A model generated the notes under the pieces. The model was not told the origin of the DNA. It ran no database searches and worked only from the letters and a program-made list of their open reading frames with translations. A stretch of 64,000 nucleotides of DNA from a virus (lineage: Duplodnaviria; Caudoviricetes), in IMG/VR virus record IMGVR_UViG_3300023047_000002, one strand, 5' to 3'. The number at the start of each line of letters is the position of its first letter. Positions within the stretch are counted from its first letter, which is position 1. Both the position numbers and the translations under genes were made by a program. Below are positions 17,923 through 26,400 of the stretch, in pieces.

Positions 17923-18723
17923 GTGTTTCGTATGGAATCCACAGACGTAAACTCATACATTCCTTACACAAAAGCTGACGCATGTGACCTTGTGAAGCGT
18001 ATGACGGATTTGTTCTCATCATTACCGACAGTTCCGTCAAAGGATGATTTGTGTATCCGTTACAGGAATCTTGAAGGTCGCTTAAGGATTCTTAACTCAG
18101 GATGTGCTGACAAGTATTTGTATTGGGCTTCACATCTTGGTTATAGGATGCTTGACGGACAAACTGCGTACTCGTGTGATTTTTTACCTGATTGGTTTCG
18201 CAAATTTGTTTGCTCTGAGGAACTCGTAATTGTTATGCCGTCACGTGATATGGAAGATAAAATTTATGGCGTGACGGTGCGCTCAGTTTTTTCTAAAAGT
18301 TTCCGCTCGTTTACGCCGTTTCCATATGTACCATATGGATTTTTAACTTCGAATAAACCGTATCACAAGCCTTGGTTATTGGTTGAAAGTGCTTTTGATT
18401 CTGACTGGTTGCGGTGTTTTTATCCGTATACGATTGCATCGGGAGGTGTGTCCGGTATGAATTTAGAGATGCTTACTCTTGTTTCACAGACAGCACCTAG
18501 GTGCGTTGTCGCATTCGATAACGACGATGCCGGAGACACGGGGTATTCCAGAGTGAATACCAAGATGAAGTTTTCACGAAAACCTCCGACTGTGGAGAGA
18601 GTTTACTCTCCGTATAAGAAAGACTTCGGAGATATTGCGCAGCTTGCTATGAATAATGACAGTATGTACAAGGTTTACAAGAACGTGGTGCTGGACTTGC
18701 TTCATGTGTCTGGTTTAGTTTAG
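17923..18723 (+). CDS. DnaG-like primase, TOPRIM domain only
   Basis: LLVESAFD, ASGG, VVAFDNDDAGDTG, KDFGD; no N-terminal CHC2 zinc finger. Confidence 0.75.
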   Translation: MFRMESTDVNSYIPYTKADACDLVKRMTDLFSSLPTVPSKDDLCIRYRNLEGRLRILNSGCADKYLYWASHLGYRMLDGQTAYSCDFLPDWFRKFVCSEELVIVMPSRDMEDKIYGVTVRSVFSKSFRSFTPFPYVPYGFLTSNKPYHKPWLLVESAFDSDWLRCFYPYTIASGGVSGMNLEMLTLVSQTAPRCVVAFDNDDAGDTGYSRVNTKMKFSRKPPTVERVYSPYKKDFGDIAQLAMNNDSMYKVYKNVVLDLLHVSGLV

Positions 18724-18726
18724 AAT
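18686..18726 (+). promoter_or_regulatory. TGGTGCT-N28-TAGAAT promoter (dnaX)
   Basis: Motif in the last codons of the primase gene. Confidence 0.55.
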
Positions 18727-18817
18727 ATAAAATTGACCAAAAAGCGAGCTTCAAGCACACATCCTTTAGGCAGTGGGCAGTTGTTCGCTGTTAATTCACG
18801 CATTGGAGTACAGTTAC

Positions 18818-19915
18818 GTGTTAGCTCAGGAAGAGAGACCATCAAAGTTTTCTGAAGTTGTCGGCGAAGATGAAAATAGTCGAATTCTTCTTAATATCGC
18901 TAAAGACCCTTCAAATACACCAAACACCATAATTCTGTCAGGTTCGTATGGCGGCGGCAAGACGAGTTCTGCACGTCTGTTTTATAAGGCATTATGTTGT
19001 GACCGACTTCGTTCTGGGCAGTCCAAGGATATCTGTGGTTTATGTGCTGCGTGTATGCGTAATAATGCACCTATCGGTGAGTGGAAGTTTTACCATGAGT
19101 ACGATTCGAGTACTGTGAACAGAAAGGACGCAATCCGTGGTATCATCGATTCGTTTTCTTATGGAACAGGTGGCAGGTGGAGTGTTGTAGTTCTGGATGA
19201 GTGTCACCAGCTTACTCGTGACGTGCAGACATTGCTTCTGAAGGACTTTGAAGAAGGGCATCCTTTCCGTAAGTTTTTGTTATGCACAACAGATCCAGAT
19301 AATCTGTTACCTACTATACGTTCTCGTGCTGTTGAACTTCACTACACGACGAAGTCTGTAGTTCTTATCGAAAAGACGTTACGTAAATGTGCTGACAAGC
19401 GAAATATTAACGTTCCTGACGAGGTGTGTCGTATTCTCGCACAGCGTAGTCGTGGTTCGATGCGTAATGCGTATATGCTTATGGACCGTTATCTTTTGTC
19501 CGGTCGTGACGTTTTCATGCAGGATACCGAACGGTTTTATCGCGGAATTATTGCCTTTGTTCGGCTTTTACTTCAACGGAATCTTAATTCAGGTTCCGTA
19601 CAGATAAAAACGGAATACATTGAGAAAGTATTTGAGAGTCTTTTATCGTTACCCATCGCGATGTTTGTTGAGGAATACAAACGTTTCTTTAGCGAGATGC
19701 TTCGTGTGTCATTGTTCCCTGACAGCCCCGATGTTTCGGATGCAGTTAGGCGATTTGTTTGTGATAAGCCTTTGAGCGACCGGCACATTAACTGGAACGG
19801 ACTTGTTCGATACTGTATGCAGTCTTGGGTTCTTGAAGGATTTACAGATGATCTTGGTGTTCAAACGATGCTCTTATCTTTACTGTCAGGGTCTGATTCG
19901 TTCGAGATTGGGTAA
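18818..19915 (+). CDS. dnaX: DNA polymerase III gamma/tau-like clamp loader subunit
   Basis: ERPSKFSEVVG, GSYGGGKTSSAR, Zn module C..CGLCAAC, VLDECHQLT, TIRSRA, GSMRNA; GTG start after GGAG. Confidence 0.85.
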   Translation: MLAQEERPSKFSEVVGEDENSRILLNIAKDPSNTPNTIILSGSYGGGKTSSARLFYKALCCDRLRSGQSKDICGLCAACMRNNAPIGEWKFYHEYDSSTVNRKDAIRGIIDSFSYGTGGRWSVVVLDECHQLTRDVQTLLLKDFEEGHPFRKFLLCTTDPDNLLPTIRSRAVELHYTTKSVVLIEKTLRKCADKRNINVPDEVCRILAQRSRGSMRNAYMLMDRYLLSGRDVFMQDTERFYRGIIAFVRLLLQRNLNSGSVQIKTEYIEKVFESLLSLPIAMFVEEYKRFFSEMLRVSLFPDSPDVSDAVRRFVCDKPLSDRHINWNGLVRYCMQSWVLEGFTDDLGVQTMLLSLLSGSDSFEIG

Positions 19916-20011
19916 GTGAAAGCAGCACAAATTTTCTGTCAATTTCTTGTCGTAAGTTTGGTGTTGTGTTAAACATAGGAAAGTCGGACTTTTGGTTCAC
20001 GGGGTGTGTCC

Positions 20012-20701
20012 ATGTACGAGTTAAATGGTGAGTTGTCGTGGGAAACTGCGGAGTACGTTGGTGATGATACGGGTGAGGAGCTTGAGCTTTTTTCCGAAAA
20101 TGCTGACGATTCGGATGATACGCAAGATGGGTCTATTCCAAACGAGGAAGCCCTTGATTTAGCAGCGGTTTTCTCAGCACGAAAAGCAACACAGCTTTTA
20201 CTTAAGAAGTATCCTGATGCATTCAAATACGATCCAAAGTCCATGACTTTGGATAAGTTTCTTGACGATAAGGGTTTGACTGAGTTCGGATGGCTTTACA
20301 TTCAAATGCTTGCATATTCTGTGTCTGGAAAGTATTACAGAAATGAGGACCAGAACAGTTTAAACACACTCGCTGTCTCTGACTGTGCATCTTGGTTAAA
20401 TCACAAGGTACGATTTTTCACAGGTAAGATATTGAACCTTCGAGCAATTCTGTACACACGTATTCGCAACACGATGTCTAACAGTCTGTACAAGGATAAT
20501 AAATACCTTCCGACTGAGGATACTGTGCTTGATCTTAATGCTTATAACGACAAGTCAATACACACGTATGGGGTTTCTGATGAAGTTTTGGATTACGTGT
20601 TCAGTAACAAAGAAGAAGCTCATGCCATGACGTTAAAGATTTTTGACTTGTCAAGAGGTATTACGAAGCAACCCAATAAAACTCTGTTTCGTCTGTCTTA
20701 A
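20012..20701 (+). CDS. hypothetical protein, weakly sigma region-2-like
   Basis: Acidic N-terminus; LRAILYTRIRNTMSNSLYK resembles sigma region 2.3-2.4. Confidence 0.5.
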   Translation: MYELNGELSWETAEYVGDDTGEELELFSENADDSDDTQDGSIPNEEALDLAAVFSARKATQLLLKKYPDAFKYDPKSMTLDKFLDDKGLTEFGWLYIQMLAYSVSGKYYRNEDQNSLNTLAVSDCASWLNHKVRFFTGKILNLRAILYTRIRNTMSNSLYKDNKYLPTEDTVLDLNAYNDKSIHTYGVSDEVLDYVFSNKEEAHAMTLKIFDLSRGITKQPNKTLFRLS

Positions 20702-20793
20702 CATGAATTGTAGGCGGTAATGGATAGTGGTGAAGATAACCAAGACTGATAAGCTGTTAATCTGTCAGTTCGTTTGCATACAGGAGTTTTACG

Positions 20794-21150
20794 ATGCCAA
20801 GAAAGCCTGGCGGTTTAGTTGTTTACACAGAAATGCCTGTGTCGCACAGGGAAGTTTTATCTGAGTTGCTTGATAGCATGAGTGACGGCAATATCTTTCG
20901 ATCATTAGAGTATGCACTCGGTGATAAGTTCATTGAGATACTTGATTTGTGTCAAGGCGACAAGATAGAATTTCCTACATTTGAAGAGATTGAACGTCGC
21001 ATTCTATGCGTACAGATTTACATGCATTACAGGCAGACAAAAGACTATAAAGCTACGGCGGTTAAGTTTAAGAAGACTGCTGCATTCGTTGAAAAAGTTG
21101 TGAAGACAGTTCGGGCAGAACTGGAAGAAATGGATTCAGAATACGTTTAA
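20794..21150 (+). CDS. Mor/C-family transcription activator-like protein
   Basis: LGDKFIEILDLCQGDKIEFP resembles the Mor GG..IYIP segment; C-terminal HTH DYKATAVKFKKTAAFVEKVV; 118 aa; AGGAG RBS. Confidence 0.6.
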   Translation: MPRKPGGLVVYTEMPVSHREVLSELLDSMSDGNIFRSLEYALGDKFIEILDLCQGDKIEFPTFEEIERRILCVQIYMHYRQTKDYKATAVKFKKTAAFVEKVVKTVRAELEEMDSEYV

Positions 21151-21166
21151 CTTTAAGGAGAAAATC

Positions 21167-21970
21167 ATGGCTGTCGAAGAAAGACTTGTTTTACCTTCAC
21201 GTGGACTCATTTATCCTGAAATGAATGGTTTAGAGTATGTAACCATTACGCCTTACAAGTCAAAAGCATTTCGCGATCATATTCTGAGTGGTTCATCGGA
21301 AGCATCCATTGGTCGGTTAATTGACACGTGTCTTGTTGATTGTCCACTCAAGTCTTCTGACTTTCATGCTTCTGACTGGACGGCTATTATTTTCAAAGTG
21401 CGTGCGATGTCGCTTGGAAACCTACTTAAAATGAAAGCCACATGTCCGTACTGCAATGATGTGCATGATATTGAATGGGATTTGTCTTCAATTCCAGTAA
21501 ATTACTTTACACCTGACCAATACCCGTTTGAAGTCGAACTTCCTGAATCACATGACCATGTTACTGTTATGGTAACAACACCGGCAATGATCGAGAGAGC
21601 ACAAAACCTTGCTAAAGAGCGTGCAAATAAAATGAGGTGGGATGCTAAAACTCTCAAATCTGTAACCTCTGCGTACACATACGTGTGTAATCTGTTCCGT
21701 GCTGGTTCTGATATAGTTGCCATAGCTGACTGGTATGACAACCTTCCTGTACGTGATGCTGTCTACCTTACTCATATAAATAAATCTATTGGAGAGTTTG
21801 GTCCCGACATTGAAAAGCATATTGAATGTGCATCATGTGGTCAGACTTATTCTGTGATGTTGAGGGTAGATGAGAGCTTTTTTCTGCCCAACGTCGGAGA
21901 GTTTGGAGGGGTTAAAACAACGACAGGAACTCTGGAAGGGGGTTTTCAGGCTCCAAGTAATGCTGAGTAA
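21167..21970 (+). CDS. baseplate hub / tail assembly chaperone-like protein (T4 gp26-like)
   Basis: LPSRGLIY, R..SLG, CPYC, VELPES, CASCG, then FF near the end. Confidence 0.7.
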   Translation: MAVEERLVLPSRGLIYPEMNGLEYVTITPYKSKAFRDHILSGSSEASIGRLIDTCLVDCPLKSSDFHASDWTAIIFKVRAMSLGNLLKMKATCPYCNDVHDIEWDLSSIPVNYFTPDQYPFEVELPESHDHVTVMVTTPAMIERAQNLAKERANKMRWDAKTLKSVTSAYTYVCNLFRAGSDIVAIADWYDNLPVRDAVYLTHINKSIGEFGPDIEKHIECASCGQTYSVMLRVDESFFLPNVGEFGGVKTTTGTLEGGFQAPSNAE

Positions 21971-22160
21971 ACATGCAAACATCGGGTTCGATGTGACTGA
22001 CAACATGACAATATTTGAGATAAACAGTGCTACGGAAGTCCTTGACGAGTATTACAAGGAGCTTCGTAAACAGGCTAAAGAAGTGCAAAAGACCGCTGAG
22101 GGTTCGGTCTCTACTACACGAAATGTCTCTGACGGTGACTTGATGGATTTCCTTCCATGA
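21879..22160 (+). CDS. small tail/baseplate chaperone partner, possible frameshift extension of the upstream gene
   Basis: Overlapping +1 frame with F.LQ..L.KH....F...DNMT.FE pattern; start unclear. Confidence 0.45.
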   Translation, partial: FFCPTSESLEGLKQRQELWKGVFRLQVMLSKHANIGFDVTDNMTIFEINSATEVLDEYYKELRKQAKEVQKTAEGSVSTTRNVSDGDLMDFLP

Positions 22161-22783
22161 AAATTAGACTTCATATCGATAACCAAATGTGCATTGGTTC
22201 TGGACTCCATCATACCGACACGGTTGTGATGGAAGTCTCTTTCTTTATGTGGTTAAAGGCTTTCTTTTTTGGATTGGACTTGTGTTGTACTTCGATGATG
22301 TTTCCAAAACTCGAAGCAGACAAAGATGAACACACAAACGAGATTAATCCTTCCTTGATACAGACTTCAACGTCTACTCCGTCTCGTTATGAACGACGTA
22401 AATCTGAAACCAAACGTGTTGTGCATAAAAAGACAAAACCAAAGAAGATTGACAAAGTCGTGCATAACGATGTTGATGTGTTTGGTATTCAGTTTGATGA
22501 CAGTACGGTTATCTTCCCAGACGGTCGAAAGGAATTTGTTACGTCTTCGTCTGTTCCAGAGTATGAATCAAAAGAGAATCATGTAACAGATGAAGACGTT
22601 ATAAAGGAGCTTCCAATTCAGCCATCTTCTGTACAGTCATCGACACCGCTTAACCTTGTGCAGCACGTTCAGTCAGAGGATAAGGTTGAGGTTGATTTCA
22701 GAAATCCTCCACATTCGCCGAGATGGAAGCCTCGTAATCTTCCACCTGGGCCAGTTCGTAAACCAAGAACGGAGAGTTTGTAA
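22157..22783 (+). CDS. hypothetical protein
   Basis: ATGA overlap upstream and TAATG overlap downstream. Confidence 0.65.
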   Translation: MKIRLHIDNQMCIGSGLHHTDTVVMEVSFFMWLKAFFFGLDLCCTSMMFPKLEADKDEHTNEINPSLIQTSTSTPSRYERRKSETKRVVHKKTKPKKIDKVVHNDVDVFGIQFDDSTVIFPDGRKEFVTSSSVPEYESKENHVTDEDVIKELPIQPSSVQSSTPLNLVQHVQSEDKVEVDFRNPPHSPRWKPRNLPPGPVRKPRTESL

Positions 22784-23334
22784 TGGCATTGAAATTCTTT
22801 TACGGTACTGTAAACAGTGCAAAGTCAATGACTCTTTTGGCACGTGCACACGCATGGAAAAAAACCGGAAAGCGCGTGTGCATTATAAAACCTTCTGTTG
22901 ACACGCGATGTGATGGCGTACAATCCCGAATTGGAATATCAGAACATGCAGACATAATACTCAATACAGATGATTCTCTAGCTTTATATTCTTCAATGTT
23001 GCGAAACTTTGACCTTGTTCTTGTTGATGAGGTTCAGTTTCTTACTTCATCACAAGTACATGAACTTCGATTGATGTCTGCAGGGTTGTTGTGTGACGGT
23101 GTACTTCCGGTTGACGTTCAATGCTTCGGTTTAAGAACTGTTTCTGATGGGCATCTGTGGGATAGTATTAAAGTGCTTATGGCTGAAGCTGATGAGCTGA
23201 TTGAAGTGTCAACGGTTTGTGCTTTCTGTCACGAAAAGGCTGTTTTCTCCAAGGCTTTGGAAGAAACAGATGAAGACATAAACGTGTCTTGGGGAGCTTT
23301 CATCCCTGTTTGTGCCTACCATTTCTACAAATAG
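22783..23334 (+). CDS. tdk: thymidine kinase
   Basis: YGTVNSAKS, KPSVDTR, VQSRIG, LVDEVQFL, FGLR, CAFC...VCAYH. Confidence 0.93.
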   Translation: MALKFFYGTVNSAKSMTLLARAHAWKKTGKRVCIIKPSVDTRCDGVQSRIGISEHADIILNTDDSLALYSSMLRNFDLVLVDEVQFLTSSQVHELRLMSAGLLCDGVLPVDVQCFGLRTVSDGHLWDSIKVLMAEADELIEVSTVCAFCHEKAVFSKALEETDEDINVSWGAFIPVCAYHFYK

Positions 23335-23365
23335 GTTAAAATTCTTTGTCGCCATGTCTCGTCAG

Positions 23366-23405
23366 TGGTGCTGTCACATTCCTATTGGGTATTGTGTGGT
23401 ATTCT
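23366..23405 (+). promoter_or_regulatory. TGGTGCT-N27-TATTCT promoter (polA)
   Basis: Fixed-spacing motif enclosed by inverted repeat 23349-23358/23410-23419. Confidence 0.7.
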
Positions 23406-23457
23406 GCGTGACATGGCGATTTTCGTTTAACGCCATATTGACCATAGGAGAATCATA

Positions 23458-26400
23458 ATGGCTGATGATAAGAAGAATTTGCATAAGGGTTATGTTCATT
23501 ACATTCCTGCCGTTGAAGAGAAAGATGATTGGGACAAAGATTTGACCTTTGTGCTTATTCGCACTCTTGATGAGCTTCGCGTTCACGATGTCGAACATGA
23601 CTTTACTGCATGGGATACTGAAACAAGCGGACTCGACCCGGACATGGATTATCTTGTTGGGTTTTCTTTTTCCTTTGACGGTAAGACAGGGTACTATGTT
23701 CCTGTCGCCCATGATGACATGGCTCTTGGTACTGAAGCTGTTGAAATTTTCTATTCCATTCTTAAAAAGACACGTAAAACACAGTTCCTTTTTAACTGTC
23801 GATTTGACCAGCGATTCCTTGAGGCTGCACTAAAGCATAAAGGTTGGACGCTTGATGGGATGTCGTACTACGATGTTCAAAATGCAATATGGCTTGCTGA
23901 TACTAATGTGGTTATGCCTTCACTCAAAGCGTCCGCTCGCCACTTTCTTGGGTGGAAGCCGAAGACGTTCGATGAGACATTGGGCGATGCAGTCACATTC
24001 CAACACGTTCCCGCCGAAGACGCTTATTTTTATGCTTGCACTGATGCGTTAATGACATATCAGTTGGCTCTTGTATCGAATAAATTCTACCGTGAAAATC
24101 TCCCGGCAAGTCGGTTCGATAACAATATGCTTTATCCACTGATGCGGCTTGAGAATACACCTCAGCGTCTTGATACGGAGTATTTAAAGAGCCTTGTTCC
24201 TCAAGTCGAAGCTATAATCGAACGCACACGTGAAGAAGTTTACCGTTTAGCCGGAACACAATTCAATCTGAATGCTCCGCAGCAGTTCGGAAAAATTCTT
24301 GTTGAACGCTTTGGTGTTGATACAGGTGCACGTACAGCAACCGGAGCCATGAAAGCTGACCTGAAAACCATTGATGCATGGATGGTGAAACACAATGCAG
24401 TAATCGGACAGGACATTAAGGATTTCATTAAGGCTTACAAGGAATACAAGAAGACAGTCAAGTTCAAGTCATCGTACCTTGACAAGTACATTAAGGCAGC
24501 AAGTGAGCAGGATATTTACCCAGTTCGTTTTTCTTACAAGACTAACAGTGTTCCCACTGGGAGGCTAAGTTGTGGCACCTCTGCAAAGAATAAATTTTTC
24601 ACGAATAATAACGTCCAGTGCCTTGAAGAGAATACGTCTGTTATCACATCAGAAGGAATAAAGCCTATAAAACATGTAAATACTGGTGACTTAGTTTGGA
24701 CAGGTTCTGCTTTCGTTCCGTGTGTGCAGCTCGGTTCAAAGCAGAAGAGATGTGAAACAGTGTGGACGTATTTCGGAAAGATTACTGCATCTCTTGAGCA
24801 TAAGTTCTATACGCTTAACTTGTATACTTTCGAGCTTGAATGGGATGCACTTGCTTCTGCTATTGCACAAGGAAAACCCATCGTAAGAAATACCGAAGAC
24901 GGTGGATTTACATTACGTGAATTGCTTGAGAATGAGACGTTTAAGAAATCTATGCTTCTTAAACCTGAACTTTCAGGTGAGCGTATTAAAGAACTTGAAA
25001 ACCTTTACGCTGATATCCGTTTCGATATGATACGTAAAACTGATAATTTCTGGTACCCGAACATCATTCCTCCAAAAGTTACCGTATACGATTTAGAAGT
25101 GCCTACGTATGAACGGTTTACGGCAAATGGGTTTATCGTTCATAACAGCACACCAAAGCCTCATGCTGTCCTGCTTAAAGGGCGTAAGGCTACTGAGCAG
25201 GAAATAGCTGAGAAGAAAGACATTCTTGGATGGTATTTCTCTAACGACATTCCAGACGAAGAAGCAAAGGGGCTTGTAGAGGGGATGGACCCTGACAATC
25301 TCAATATCCGACGTGCTTTCTTGTCTGAAAATGACCAGTGTTATGTGGTTTCAATCGACATGTGCCTTGAGGGTGGTTCGCCTGTTCAGACGAAACACGG
25401 GTATATGGGAATATGCGAGATAAAGCCAGGCGATGAAGTATTGTCGCCGCAAGGATGGGTTACCGTGAGCCGCGTGATGCGTACAGGCGTGGAAAAAGTA
25501 ATCAAAGTTTTCCCTGATAATGGTGGTCAGGCAATCTACTGTACTGAGAATCATCCGTTTGTCATCAATGGGGAAAAGGTAAAAGCAAAAGATATTAAGG
25601 GTAAAGTTCCTAGCGTTCCGTTTCATGCTTATGTAAAGGAAAGCGTTGAGCGTAATAAAGTGATTGAATGTTTGTCTTATTTGAAACAGTGCAAAACAAT
25701 AAAAGAGGCTTCACATTATGTTCTCGAACATGACTTGAAACTCCTTATTGAGGATGCCTTGGAAACTTACACACGTGCAGAGGTCTCTAAATGGTGCGGC
25801 ATACGTGTGTCGTCTTTCGGTCATTTTATGAATGATCTTGGAATTCAACCTACTGGAAAGGAATTTTGTTATCGTCAGAGCAAATTTTACAATAATGTGT
25901 TTGAAGGCGAAAGCACTCCCACGTCAGCATATCTTTTCGGGTTCATTCTGGGCGATGGGAACATCAGTCGGCGGCGAGGTGATTATCTCACGTTGAACAT
26001 ATCGTCAAAAGACGAAGCACATCTGCGTCAGATATGCAACATCTTTGGCGAGGATTTGAACATTCGCCATAATGAAAAGAAAGGTTGTGAATGGTGGTGC
26101 TTGAACATACCTAGTCGCGACATCTGCAATCGTTTGCTTGAGTTGGGTATTAGCGAGCGTAAATCAACAGAACCTAGTCATGTAAACTTTGAATGGTTAG
26201 GTGATAACTTCCGTCATTTCATTCGCGGACTTTTCGATGCGGATGGTTATGTGAGAATTACGTCCGTGCTCGACGTTAGTTTTGTTGGGCATGATTCCTA
26301 TATCACGGAAATAAAGAAACGCATTGAGGGTCAGTGGAGTTATAAATACACGTCGTCCTTGTCTCATCTGTCGTTGCTTGGAACTGTTGAACAGCGAAAG

